From: Mycobacterium tuberculosis H37Rv
GTDB lineage: Bacteria; Actinomycetota; Actinomycetes; Mycobacteriales; Mycobacteriaceae
Reading direction: 5' to 3'
DNA: 32,000 bases
Assembly (NCBI RefSeq): GCF_000195955.2
Contig: NC_000962.3
Span: forward strand, 4,080,001-4,112,000
Shown here: one piece after another, positions 8,781 to 18,099 of the stretch
Numbering within the stretch: position 1 is the stretch's first letter
Layout: every line of letters begins with the position of its first letter
Notes under the pieces: model-generated
The model's input: only the letters and a program-made list of their open reading frames with translations
Told to the model about the DNA's origin: nothing
The model's database searches: none
Translations under genes and position numbers: made by a program

Positions 8781-11096
8781 ATGGCGAGTTTCGGCAGCCA
8801 CCTGCTGGCCGCAGCGGTCGCCGGGACCCCGCCGGGCGAGCGTCCGCTGCGCCACGTCGCCGAGCTGCCACCGCAGGCCGGCCGGCCGCGCGGTTGGCCG
8901 GAGTGGGCCGAGCCCGACGTGGTGGATGCGTTTGCCGACCGCGGCATCAGCTCGCCGTGGTCACACCAGGCTGAGGCCGCCGAGTTGGCGTACGCCGGCC
9001 GCCACGTGGTGATAGGCACCGGCCCGGCGTCTGGAAAGTCGTTGGCCTATCAACTTCTCGTGCTCAACGCGCTGGCAACCGACTCCCGGGCGCGTGCGCT
9101 GTATCTGTCGCCGACGAAGGCGCTCGGCCACGACCAGTTGCGCGCCGCACATGCGCTGGCGGCCGCGGTGCCACGGCTGGCTGACGTCGCGCCGACGGCC
9201 TATGACGGCGACAGTCCCGACGAGGTGCGCCGCTTTGCCCGCGAGCGCTCCCGGTGGCTGTTCTCCAACCCGGAGATGACACACCTATCGGTGCTTCGAA
9301 ACCATGCGCGCTGGGCTGTGCTGTTGCGGAATCTCCGCTTTGTGATCGTCGACGAATGCCATTACTACCGTGGTGTTTTCGGCTCGAATGTGGCGATGGT
9401 ACTGCGCCGTTTACTACGGCTGTGCGCGCGCTACTCTGCGCACCCGACGGTGATCTTCGCCAGCGCGACAACGGCCTCGCCGGGCGCGACGGCTGCCGAC
9501 CTGATCGGCCAGCCGGTCGTGGAGGTCACCGAGGACGGCTCACCCCGGGGGGCTCGCACGGTGGCATTGTGGGAGCCCGCGCTGCGGTCGGATGTGATCG
9601 GCGAGCACGGCGCCCCGGTGCGACGCTCCGCCGGTGCCGAGGCGGCCCGGGTGATGGCCGACCTGATCGTCGAGGGAGCGCAGACCTTGACGTTCGTCCG
9701 ATCGCGGCGCGCGGCGGAACTGACTGCACTGGGTGCCCGGGCGCGACTGGTCGACATTGCCCCGGAACTGTCGGACACGGTGGCGTCGTATCGGGCCGGT
9801 TATCTTGCCGAGGACCGTAGCGCGCTGCACCAGGCCCTGGCCGAGGGCCAGCTGCGCGGGCTGGCTACCACCAACGCTTTGGAGTTGGGCGTTGATATCG
9901 CCGGACTGGATGCGGTGGTGCTGGCTGGTTTTCCCGGGACGGTGGCCTCGTTCTGGCAGCAGGCGGGCCGGTCGGGCCGGCGCGGCCAGGGCGCGCTGGT
10001 GGTGTTGATTGCCCGTGACGATCCGCTGGACACGTATTTGGTCCACCATCCCGCAGCATTGTTGGACAAACCGGTCGAGCGCGTGGTGATCGATCCGGTT
10101 AACCCGCACCTGCTGGGTCCCCAATTGCTTTGTGCAGCAACAGAACTGCCTTTAGACGACGCCGAGGTCCGGTCCTGGGGCGCCGTTGAGGTGGCGGAGA
10201 GTCTGGTTGACGACGGGCTGTTGCGGCGCCGGAACGGCAGGTACTTTCCGGCGCCCGGGGTGAAACCGCATGCCGCCGTGGATGTCCGGGGGGCTATCGG
10301 TGGCCAGATCGTCATCGTGGAGGCCGGAACCGGGCGGCTCTTGGGCAGCGTGGGCGTCGGTCAGGCCCCGGCCGCAGCGCACCCAGGCGCGGTGTACCTG
10401 CACCAGGGCGAGACCTACGTCGTTGACTCGCTGGATTTCCAGGACGGAATCGCCTTCGTGCACGCCGAGGATCCCGGCTATGCCACGTTCGCGCGAGAGG
10501 TCACCGACATCGCGGTCACCGGCACCGGCGAGCGGTTGGTCTTCGGGCCCGTTGCTTTGGGTTTGGTGCCGGTGACTGTCACCAATCACGTCGTCGGCTA
10601 CCTGCGCCGCCAGCTGTCCGGGGAGGTGCTGGACTTCGTGGAGCTGGACATGCCGGAACACACCTTGCCCACAACCGCGGTCATGTACACAATCACTTCG
10701 GATGCATTGGTCCGCAGCGGTATTGAGGCCACACGGATTCCCGGGTCGTTGCACGCCGCCGAACACGCGGCCATCGGGCTGCTGCCGCTGGTGGCCAGCT
10801 GCGACCGCGGCGATATCGGCGGCATGTCCACAGCGACCGGGCCCGAGGGGCTGCCCAGTGTCTTTGTCTACGACGGCTATCCGGGTGGAGCCGGATTCGC
10901 CGAACGCGGCTTTCGCCGGGCCCGCACCTGGCTGGGCGCCACCGCGGAGGCCATCGAAGCCTGCGAATGCCCCAGTGGGTGTCCATCGTGTGTGCAATCC
11001 CCCAAGTGCGGCAATGGCAACGACCCGTTAGACAAGGCGGGCGCGGTGCGGGTGCTGCGGCTGGTGCTCGCCGAGTTAAGTGAGGAATCACCGTGA
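8781..11096 (+). CDS. Superfamily II DEAD/DEAH-box helicase with C-terminal cysteine cluster, YprA/MrfA/SftH-like (Rv3649)
   Basis: 771 aa. GTGPASGKSLAYQL, LSPTKALGHDQL, FVIVDECHYYRG, FASATT, TLTFVRSRRAAE, QQAGRSGRRGQGALVVLI; C-terminal CECPSGCPSCVQSPKCGNGNDPLDKAGAVRVL. Confidence 0.94.
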   Translation: MASFGSHLLAAAVAGTPPGERPLRHVAELPPQAGRPRGWPEWAEPDVVDAFADRGISSPWSHQAEAAELAYAGRHVVIGTGPASGKSLAYQLLVLNALATDSRARALYLSPTKALGHDQLRAAHALAAAVPRLADVAPTAYDGDSPDEVRRFARERSRWLFSNPEMTHLSVLRNHARWAVLLRNLRFVIVDECHYYRGVFGSNVAMVLRRLLRLCARYSAHPTVIFASATTASPGATAADLIGQPVVEVTEDGSPRGARTVALWEPALRSDVIGEHGAPVRRSAGAEAARVMADLIVEGAQTLTFVRSRRAAELTALGARARLVDIAPELSDTVASYRAGYLAEDRSALHQALAEGQLRGLATTNALELGVDIAGLDAVVLAGFPGTVASFWQQAGRSGRRGQGALVVLIARDDPLDTYLVHHPAALLDKPVERVVIDPVNPHLLGPQLLCAATELPLDDAEVRSWGAVEVAESLVDDGLLRRRNGRYFPAPGVKPHAAVDVRGAIGGQIVIVEAGTGRLLGSVGVGQAPAAAHPGAVYLHQGETYVVDSLDFQDGIAFVHAEDPGYATFAREVTDIAVTGTGERLVFGPVALGLVPVTVTNHVVGYLRRQLSGEVLDFVELDMPEHTLPTTAVMYTITSDALVRSGIEATRIPGSLHAAEHAAIGLLPLVASCDRGDIGGMSTATGPEGLPSVFVYDGYPGGAGFAERGFRRARTWLGATAEAIEACECPSGCPSCVQSPKCGNGNDPLDKAGAVRVLRLVLAELSEESP

Positions 11097-11232
11097 GCAG
11101 CCCAGCGTTCCGGCGTTGTCGGGCAAAGCGGGGTCGTCGTCTTAGCCGATGTGATGCACTTGACATCAGTGTCTTCGGCCTATCACGTAGTGGTCGTGGG
11201 CGCCGGCCGAAGATCCGGGCGGGAGGTGACAC

Positions 11233-11517
11233 GTGTCGTTTGTGATCGCGGCGCCGGAGGCGTTGGACTCGGCAGCAACGGACCTCGTGGTCCTGGGCTC
11301 GACGTTAGGCGCGGCCACTGCGGCCGCGGCGGCCCAGACGACGGGTATCGTGGCCGCGGCCCACGACGAGGTGTCGGCGGCGATCGCAGCCCTGTTTTCC
11401 GCCCACGGCCAGGCCTATCAGGCCGCCAGCGCGCAGGCCGCGGCGTTTCACACCCGGTTCATCCGTGCGCGCTCCCGACATCCGCAGCAGGAAACGACCT
11501 GTCGCCGTGTGCGATAG
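11233..11517 (+). CDS. PE33: PE family protein PE33 (94 aa), truncated PE-domain-only protein
   Basis: [73 protein letters not shown] is a classic PE domain. Confidence 0.93.
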   Translation: MSFVIAAPEALDSAATDLVVLGSTLGAATAAAAAQTTGIVAAAHDEVSAAIAALFSAHGQAYQAASAQAAAFHTRFIRARSRHPQQETTCRRVR

Positions 11518-11840
11518 GCAAATCACCAGGCAACACGCCGGCAGCTCCGGTAAGGCCAACATCGACCACCTACCCAGGGCATTCCCATGCACGTCACCGC
11601 CGCATAGCAAGTTGCGGATGCTGAGTGGTCCGCTACCACCCGGTATGGCAACGCCGGTGGTCATGGCACCACCTCGGGTCTGATCTGCCTCGGAGGCCGG
11701 CCGCTGGCACGAAGGCAACGACGGTTCGGGCGGGTTGGCCTAGCGATACCACACGCATGCGCTGTCCTGCAAGGGAATTCCCTCGGCGACCACCGGTACC
11801 CCACCGAGTCAACGGCGCACCGCGTCCGTAGACTGCTCGC

Positions 11841-12878
11841 ATGACCCACGACTGGCTGCTCGTGGAGACGCTGGGGGACGAACCGGCCGTGGTAGCACGG
11901 GGGCGTGAGCTGAAGAAGCTCGTCCCGATCACCACGTTCCTGCGTCGCAGTCCCTATTTGGCGGCGGTCCGCACAGCTATCGCCGAGACGCTGCAGACCG
12001 GCCAAAGCCTGACCAGCATCACTCCCAAGCACGATCGCGTCATCCGCACCGAACCTGTAATAATGACCGACGGCCGCATGCACGGCGTGCAGGTGTGGAG
12101 TGGCCCCACAGACGCCGAACCGCCCGACCGGCCGATCCCAGGCCCGCTGAAGTGGGACCTGACCCGTGGTGTGGCCACCGACACCCCGGAGTCACTGACC
12201 AACAGCGGCAAGAATCCCGAGGTCGAGATCACCTACGGCCGAGCCTTCGCCGAAGACCTGCCGGCGCGCGAGCTCAATCCGAACGAAACCCAGGTGCTTG
12301 CCATGGCAGTTAAAGCCAAGCCCGGCAAAACACTATGCAGCATTTGGGATCTCACTGATTGGCAAGGAACACCCATCCGGATCGGCTTCGTGGCGCGAAG
12401 CGCTCTGGAGCCGGGACCAAACGGCCGCGATCACCTGGTCGCCCGGGCAATGAATTGGCGTGCTGAGACCAAGGCCCCTGCAGTGCCCGTCGACGACTTG
12501 GCTCAGCGGATCCTTATCGGACTGGCGCAGGCCGGAGTCCACCGGGCACTGGTCGATCTCAAAACCTGGACCCTGCTGAAATGGCTCGACCAACCCTGCT
12601 CTTTCTACGACTGGCGGCGTAGCGCGGCCGATGGGCCTCGTCTACATCCCGACGACCAGCACGTGATCGACGCCATGACAAGAGACCTCGCCAACGGATC
12701 GGCCAGTCATGTGCTGCGCTTGCCTGGGCACGACGTCGATTGGGTGCCGGTCCATGTCACCGTCAACCGGATAGAGCTCGAACCGGATACCTTCGCTGGA
12801 CTGGTCGCTCTGCGACTGCCCACCGACGAAGAACTTGCCGACGCCGGACTGCCGAAAGCCACCGACGTCACCACCTGA
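11841..12878 (+). CDS. Conserved hypothetical protein (Rv3651, 345 aa)
   Basis: Complete ORF MTHDWLLVETLGDEPAVVARGRELKKLVPITTFLRRSPYL...; no diagnostic motif recognised by eye. Confidence 0.87.
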   Translation: MTHDWLLVETLGDEPAVVARGRELKKLVPITTFLRRSPYLAAVRTAIAETLQTGQSLTSITPKHDRVIRTEPVIMTDGRMHGVQVWSGPTDAEPPDRPIPGPLKWDLTRGVATDTPESLTNSGKNPEVEITYGRAFAEDLPARELNPNETQVLAMAVKAKPGKTLCSIWDLTDWQGTPIRIGFVARSALEPGPNGRDHLVARAMNWRAETKAPAVPVDDLAQRILIGLAQAGVHRALVDLKTWTLLKWLDQPCSFYDWRRSAADGPRLHPDDQHVIDAMTRDLANGSASHVLRLPGHDVDWVPVHVTVNRIELEPDTFAGLVALRLPTDEELADAGLPKATDVTT

Positions 12879-13133
12879 CAACCAGTCCTTTCGACTCAGC
12901 AACGGCAGCTGCCGATCCGCGGCTACCGTTGCTTGTCGTGAACGGTTTGACGGTGATCCGGACTGCGCGCTCGCTGAGCGGCCTACGCCCACGCTGTCGG
13001 TCAGATTGCGTCGATGAATCCTATGCGCTCTGAACTGAACTGGGCTGAATGCGCGAGCCGCCGACGTAGGGAATCGGCAACGCCCGTCGGACGACCCCGC
13101 CGATCTCGTCGTCGACATCCAGTGGCGCCGGCA

Positions 13134-13330
13134 TCAGCAGGGTGGTGACGATTGCCCGTTCAGACAGTCGCCGCAAGGCCCCGGGCCTGCTAGGAGGTCG
13201 GGTTCCCCGGGACGTCGACCACACCCTGGTCGCAATGTCCAACGTAAGCAACAGGTTTGAGTATGAGGTGCCGGTAGCGAGGATGAATTCGCCAGTCCTG
13301 GTACACGCGCACGGACATCGCAGGTGCCGC
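13134..13330 (-). pseudogene. Degenerate partial copy of the TadE-like locus (Rv3655c/Rv3654c junction)
   Basis: GCAATGTCCAACGTAAGCAACAGGTTTGAG at 13232-13261 matches 15035-15064 at 29/30 positions. Weaker similarity continues through a GAATTCGCC/AACTCGCC block and toward the Rv3654c side. No intact frame is preserved. Confidence 0.7.
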
Positions 13331-13631
13331 GATGCGGCCGGCCTCTGGCCACCGCCGAATCGGCGTAGCCGTCGGGCACTTTCAAGATCGGGTCAGCGCG
13401 CCTGATGCGCACCGGGCCGCCACCTCAGCGCCATGGTGTTTCGGACATCCTCCAATCGCCGCCGATCCCCGAGGAACACCAGGTCGCCCGCGTGCGGGCG
13501 AAAGGCAGCGAGGACTTTTGGGAAACCCACGCACATGCTTCCCGGATAGCGATAAGCTGCGCTCCAGCAGATTGTCCGCCGGTGACCGGGCGGCCCTTCG
13601 ATCGGCATCGCGCGGTGGTCGGAGGTGTCCG

Positions 13632-13946
13632 ATGTCATATGTGATCGCGGCGCCGGAGGCGCTGGTGGCGGCGGCCACGGATTTGGCTACTCTCGGCTCG
13701 ACGATCGGCGCCGCCAACGCGGCCGCTGCGGGCTCGACAACGGCGTTGCTGACCGCCGGCGCCGACGAAGTGTCGGCGGCGATAGCGGCCTATTCGGAAT
13801 GCACGGCCAGACCTATCAGGCACTCAGTGCGCGGGCGGCGGCGTTCCATGAGCGGTTCGTGCAGGCCTTGGCCACAGGTGGGGGCGCCTATGCGGCCGCC
13901 GAGGCCGCCAGCGTCTCGCCGCTGCAGAGCGCGCTCGATTTGCTGA
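13632..13946 (+). CDS. PE_PGRS60: PE domain part of a split PE_PGRS gene (PE_PGRS60, 104 aa)
   Basis: [54 protein letters not shown], then out-of-frame residues; the expected PE continuation is in another frame. Confidence 0.88.
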   Translation: MSYVIAAPEALVAAATDLATLGSTIGAANAAAAGSTTALLTAGADEVSAAIAAYSECTARPIRHSVRGRRRSMSGSCRPWPQVGAPMRPPRPPASRRCRARSIC

Positions 13947-14527
13947 ATGCGCCCACTCAGGCGCTGTTGGGGCGTCCGTTGGTGGGCAATGGCGCCAATG
14001 GGGCCCCGGGGACTGGGGCAAACGGCGGCGATGGCGGGATTTTGTTCGGGTCCGGGGGGGCCGGCGGGTCCGGAGCGGCCGGCATGGCGGGTGGCAACGG
14101 CGGGGCCGCCGGGCTGTTCGGCAACGGCGGAGCCGGCGGAGCCGGCGGCAGCGCGACGGCCGGTGCGGCCGGGGCGGGCGGGAACGGCGGGGCCGGCGGG
14201 CTGCTGTTCGGTACCGCCGGGGCCGGCGGCAACGGCGGGTTAAGCCTCGGTTTGGGCGTCGCCGGCGGCGCCGGCGGCGCCGGCGGGTCGGGCGGTAGTG
14301 ACACCGCCGGACACGGGGGGACCGGTGGTGCCGGCGGCCTGCTATTCGGCGCCGGCGAGGACGGCACAACGCCCGGTGGCAACGGTGGGGCGGGCGGTGT
14401 CGCCGGGCTGTTCGGCGACGGCGGCAACGGTGGTAACGCCGGAGTTGGCACGCCCGCGGGCAACGTCGGCGCCGGCGGCACCGGCGGCCTGCTGCTCGGC
14501 CAGGACGGCATGACCGGGTTGACGTAG
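13940..14527 (+). CDS. PE_PGRS61: PGRS part of the same split gene (PE_PGRS61, 195 aa by annotation; TTG start)
   Basis: [43 protein letters not shown]... with Gly-Gly-Ala/Asn repeats, ending [13 protein letters not shown]. Confidence 0.82.
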   Translation: MLNAPTQALLGRPLVGNGANGAPGTGANGGDGGILFGSGGAGGSGAAGMAGGNGGAAGLFGNGGAGGAGGSATAGAAGAGGNGGAGGLLFGTAGAGGNGGLSLGLGVAGGAGGAGGSGGSDTAGHGGTGGAGGLLFGAGEDGTTPGGNGGAGGVAGLFGDGGNGGNAGVGTPAGNVGAGGTGGLLLGQDGMTGLT

Positions 14528-14659
14528 CCGCGTGGCGGGGCCGCGCCTTGCTTCCGGGACTACCACCCGCAGGTCGCTGGCCGTAGTTGGTTCTCCCCGC
14601 TAGCCCACCACTAGCTTCGCTTGCCGATAGCTTCGCTTGCCGATAGAACTAGATCGTCG

Positions 14660-14983
14660 TCAACCCGGTGTCGTGGGCACCTTGGCCGGCCCCGCCCGCG
14701 CGGTGGCGGTCGCCACACCCGCGAACGCGACAGCCACCTCGACGGTGACGACCACGTCGAGGTCCACCACCCTGCACTGCGCGTGCTCGACGCGCATCGC
14801 ACGGGCCACCAGCGTCGCACGCGCGCAGGCCGCCGCCAGTCCGGACGGCAGCCGGGCGGCAGCGGCTAACGAAGCCAGATCAGCCGCCGCCTGTGCGCGG
14901 TGACGAGCCACCACCGCCGACCCTAGATATGCACCCGCACCGGTGACGCACAGCAGCACCGCGACCATCGCGACGGCAAGCAC
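14660..14983 (-). CDS. Tad-associated minor pseudopilin-like protein / TadE-like helicase-adjacent small protein (Rv3654c)
   Basis: ORF from GTG 14983: LAVAMVAVLLCVTGAGAYLGSAVVARHRAQAAADLASLAAAARL. An N-terminal hydrophobic helix and RAQAAADLASLAAA follow. The 84 aa annotation starts at the GTG at 14914 and omits the helix. Confidence 0.75.
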   Translation of the reverse strand: MLAVAMVAVLLCVTGAGAYLGSAVVARHRAQAAADLASLAAAARLPSGLAAACARATLVARAMRVEHAQCRVVDLDVVVTVEVAVAFAGVATATARAGPAKVPTTPG

Positions 14984-15300
14984 GGTGGCCGAGCCGCGGT
15001 CGACCCCGGCTCGGCCACCGAAATTGCCCTAGCAGCAATGTCCAACGTAGGCAACAGGTTTGAGTGTGCTGTGACAGTGGCGACCACAAACTCGCCGTCC
15101 CGGTGCACCTGGACCAGCGCCGCACGCGGGGCGATGCTGCGGGCGACGTCGGTCGCCGAGCGTACGTCACCGCGCGCGGCCAATCGAGCGGCCTCGCGGG
15201 CCGCGTCGATACAGCGCACCTGCATTGATACCGCGGTGACGCCCGCCAGGCACAGCACCAGCACCAGCACCAGGGTGGCGATCGCCAACGCCGCTTCCAC
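14923..15300 (-). CDS. TadE-like protein (Rv3655c, 125 aa; first available start is the GTG at 15300)
   Basis: VEAALAIATLVLVLVLCLAGVTAVSMQVRCIDAAREAARLAARGD; the in-frame upstream sequence encodes SCAGAST directly before VEAAL. Confidence 0.78.
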   Translation of the reverse strand: MEAALAIATLVLVLVLCLAGVTAVSMQVRCIDAAREAARLAARGDVRSATDVARSIAPRAALVQVHRDGEFVVATVTAHSNLLPTLDIAARAISVAEPGSTAARPPCLPSRWSRCCCASPVRVHI

Positions 15301-15323
15301 GGTGCTCGCACCCGCACACGACG

Positions 15324-15530
15324 CTAAACCTTGGTGCTGAGCGCGCGACCGATGATGCGGTTGAGCGCCGACACAATGGAATCCCCGGTGACGACCGTGT
15401 AGAGGATCGCACCGAAGGCAGCCGCCGCGATGGTACCGATGGCGTATTCCACGGTGGACATGCCCGACTCGTCGACCGCCAGCGCCGTCATCCGCGCCAC
15501 GAGTACACGAAACATGGTGATCACCAACAT
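15324..15530 (-). CDS. Flp pilin-like small protein (Rv3656c, 68 aa)
   Basis: MLVITMFRVLVARMTALAVDESGMSTVEYAIGTIAAAAFGAILYTVVTG; type IV/Flp prepilin-like site G|MSTVEYAIG followed by a hydrophobic helix. Confidence 0.85.
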   Translation of the reverse strand: MLVITMFRVLVARMTALAVDESGMSTVEYAIGTIAAAAFGAILYTVVTGDSIVSALNRIIGRALSTKV

Positions 15531-15539
15531 ATTCCTTTC

Positions 15540-16115
15540 TCATACCAGGCCAAACTGCAAGACATCACCGGCCAGCCCGACTACTAGCGGGACAATGCCC
15601 ACACACAGAAACGCCGGTAAGAAGCACAGTCCCAGCGGGCCGGCGATCAGCACACCGGCCCGCTCGGCGGCCGCCGCGGCCGCCTGTGCGGCGTCGTGCC
15701 GAACCTGGACGGCCAGTTCGACAATGCCATCGGCGAGCGCCGCGCCCGAAGCCGCCGAACGCCGTGCCAACCGCAGTACCGCATCGGTCTGCGCATCGTG
15801 GGTGCCCGGCGGCAAATCCGGCGGCCTCGACCAGGCGATGTTGGGGTCGGCACCCAATGCCAGCAGGTCGGCGGCCCGGCGCAACACGCGCGCCAGCCGC
15901 GGCGGCGCGACCGCAGCGGTGGCGGCCGCGGCCGTCGACACCGCCATCCCCGCAGCCAGACACACGGCCAGCACGTCAAGGCTGGCTGCGACGGCTAGCG
16001 GGTCCGCGACATCCGTCCGCCCTAGCAGCAGCCCCTGGTGTGGCCGATGCGCGCGGGGCGGCCTCCCGGCTCGCGCCCGTACCACCGACGGGCCGGCACC
16101 GAGCCACAACGCCAT
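15540..16115 (-). CDS. TadC-like membrane protein (Rv3657c, 191 aa)
   Basis: MALWLGAGPSVVRARAG... with ADPLAVAASLDVLAVCLAAGMAV and a C-terminal TM region; position in the tad-like cluster. Confidence 0.8.
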   Translation of the reverse strand: MALWLGAGPSVVRARAGRPPRAHRPHQGLLLGRTDVADPLAVAASLDVLAVCLAAGMAVSTAAAATAAVAPPRLARVLRRAADLLALGADPNIAWSRPPDLPPGTHDAQTDAVLRLARRSAASGAALADGIVELAVQVRHDAAQAAAAAAERAGVLIAGPLGLCFLPAFLCVGIVPLVVGLAGDVLQFGLV

Positions 16116-16138
16116 GGCCAGCAACACCGCCGCCGCAC

Positions 16139-16939
16139 TCACAACACTGGCCGATCGGTGATCCGGTCCGACCACAGCAGCCCGGCGCAGGCCAGTGTCA
16201 GCCCGACCACCAGCAGCCATCCGCCCACGCGTCCCGTCAGCAGAAAGCTCAGCGGCCGGGCGCCGATCAGTTGACCAAGCAGCACCCCGAGCAGCGGCAG
16301 GATTGCCAATATGGCCGCACTGGCCCGGGCACCGGCCATCCCCGCTGACACCCGCGCGGAGAACCGTTGCCGCTCAGCGACATCACGTTGGGCGGCACGC
16401 ATCAAACTGGCTATCGCCAAGCCGTGATCACTGCCCAGTTGCCAGCAGACCGCGAGCCGCTCCCAGTACGCGGGCAGCGCCGAGGATCGGGCCGCAGCGA
16501 GCAGGCCAGCCGTGACGTCGGCACCCAATCGTGCCCGCGCCGCGACCGCGCGCAAGGCAACGGCAACCGGGCCGCCGGTCTCGTCGGCCGCGATGCTGAA
16601 TGCGCGGACTGGATGGGCGCCCGCGCGCAGTTCACCCACCACCAGCTCAAGCGCGGCCTCCAGCGCCTGCCCCTCGCGGCTGCGGCGCAGGTAGCGGCGA
16701 CGCCGGCGGTAGCGCAGGCCGAGTGTTGCGCCCAGCACCGCGACAGCCACAACGGTCGGTAACGGTAGCAAGGCTGCCACACCAACCGCGACACAGCCAA
16801 CACCCCAGGCAACCCGCCGGGCGCCGACCAGAAGCACCCGCCGGCCGGTGTCGTCTGGAGTAAGGCGGCACCGCGGCGACCCGGGCAACACCACGAGCGC
16901 AAGCGACAAAATCAGGGCAGCGGACGCTATACCGCTCAT
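16139..16939 (-). CDS. TadB-like membrane protein (Rv3658c, 266 aa)
   Basis: LEAALELVVGELRAGAHPVRAFSIAADETGGPVA...LLAAARSSALPAYWERLAVCWQLGSDHGLAIASLMRAAQRDV and C-terminal hydrophobic segments typical of T2SF/TadB proteins. Confidence 0.85.
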   Translation of the reverse strand: MSGIASAALILSLALVVLPGSPRCRLTPDDTGRRVLLVGARRVAWGVGCVAVGVAALLPLPTVVAVAVLGATLGLRYRRRRRYLRRSREGQALEAALELVVGELRAGAHPVRAFSIAADETGGPVAVALRAVAARARLGADVTAGLLAAARSSALPAYWERLAVCWQLGSDHGLAIASLMRAAQRDVAERQRFSARVSAGMAGARASAAILAILPLLGVLLGQLIGARPLSFLLTGRVGGWLLVVGLTLACAGLLWSDRITDRPVL

Positions 16940-18099
16940 GCCGATGCCCGGCTTCTCAGCAAATCGTGCAGGGCGGCCGCGTCGTCACTCATCCCACGGT
17001 CCGCGTGCCACACCGTCACCGCCTGGACCCGCCCTTCAGCTTGGCGCAGCACGGCGATCTCGGCGAGCCGGCGACGGCCTGCCCGATCGCGCGCGACGTG
17101 CAGCAGGACTTGGACTGCCGCGGCGAGCTGGCTGTGCAGAGCAGCGCGGTCAAGGCCGCCGAGCGCCCCCAACGCTTCCATGCGTGCAGGGACCTCACCC
17201 GGGTTGTTGGCGTGTACGGTGCCCGCGCCGCCCTCGTGACCGGTATTGAGCGCCGCCAACAGATCCACCACCTCGGCTCCCCTAACCTCACCGACCACGA
17301 TGCGGTCGGGCCGCATCCGCAGCGCCTGTCGGACGAGTTGACGCACGGTTACCTCACCGATTCCTTCGACGTTCGCACGCCGCGCAACCAGCTTGACCAG
17401 ATGTGGATGCCGAGGGGCCAGCTCGGCGGCATCCTCGACGCACACGATCCGCTCATCGGGCGACACGGCGCCCAACATCGCTGCCAGCAACGTTGTCTTC
17501 CCGGCACCGGTTCCGCCGCACACGAGGAATGCCAGCCGGGCGGTGACGATGTCGGCGACCAGCGCGGCGGCCGCGGGGTCGATCGCGCCCGCCGCAGCCA
17601 ACGCGGCCAGATCCTGAGTCGCGGGACGCAACACCCGCAACGACAAGCAAGTGCCCTGGGTCGCCACGGGCGGCAACACCGCATGCAGCCGCACCGCGAA
17701 CCCTCCGACGCCGATCCCGGTTAGTTGACCGTCCACCCAGGGTTGCGCGTCGTCGAGCCGACGGCCGGCCGCCAAAGCCAGCCGTTGTGCCAACCTTCGC
17801 ACCGCTGACTCGTCAGCAAACCGAATCTGGCTGCGTCGCAATCCGTTTCCGTCGTCCACCCACACCGAGTCGGGCGCGGTGACCAGAACGTCGGTGGTGC
17901 CGTCTGCGGATAGCAGCGGTTCGAGGATGCCAGCGCCGGTCAGTTCTGTCTGCAGCACACGAAGATTCGCCAGCACTTCGGTGTCGCCGAGCATCCCCCC
18001 GGACTCGGCCCGGATCGCGGCGGCCACCACACTGGGCCGCAGCGGGCCGGATTCGGATGCCAGCCGTTCGCGGACGCGTTCGATCAGGGAGCCGGTCAT
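16936..18099 (-). CDS. TadA/CpaF-like secretion ATPase (Rv3659c)
   Basis: Walker A CGGTGAGKTTLLAAML, ERIVCVEDAAELAP, RPDRIVVGEVRGAEVVDLLAALNTGHEGGAGTVHANNP. ATG at 18099 overlaps the upstream gene's TGA (ATGA). The 352 aa annotation starts internally at 17994. Confidence 0.9.
   Translation of the reverse strand: MTGSLIERVRERLASESGPLRPSVVAAAIRAESGGMLGDTEVLANLRVLQTELTGAGILEPLLSADGTTDVLVTAPDSVWVDDGNGLRRSQIRFADESAVRRLAQRLALAAGRRLDDAQPWVDGQLTGIGVGGFAVRLHAVLPPVATQGTCLSLRVLRPATQDLAALAAAGAIDPAAAALVADIVTARLAFLVCGGTGAGKTTLLAAMLGAVSPDERIVCVEDAAELAPRHPHLVKLVARRANVEGIGEVTVRQLVRQALRMRPDRIVVGEVRGAEVVDLLAALNTGHEGGAGTVHANNPGEVPARMEALGALGGLDRAALHSQLAAAVQVLLHVARDRAGRRRLAEIAVLRQAEGRVQAVTVWHADRGMSDDAAALHDLLRSRASA

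Noticed and set aside
11519-11840. Possible relic of a PGRS domain after PE33
   Set aside because: Only scattered Gly-codon-like triplets; no sustained frame or repeat resembling PGRS could be followed.
13824-14511. Long minus-strand ORFs (181-184 aa) over the PGRS region
   Set aside because: Pro/Arg- or Pro/Ala-rich mirror translations of the GC-repeat PGRS coding strand.
15430-16348. Plus-strand ORFs of 220-243 aa over the TadB/TadC-like genes
   Set aside because: Antisense to coherent membrane-protein frames; no recognisable motif.
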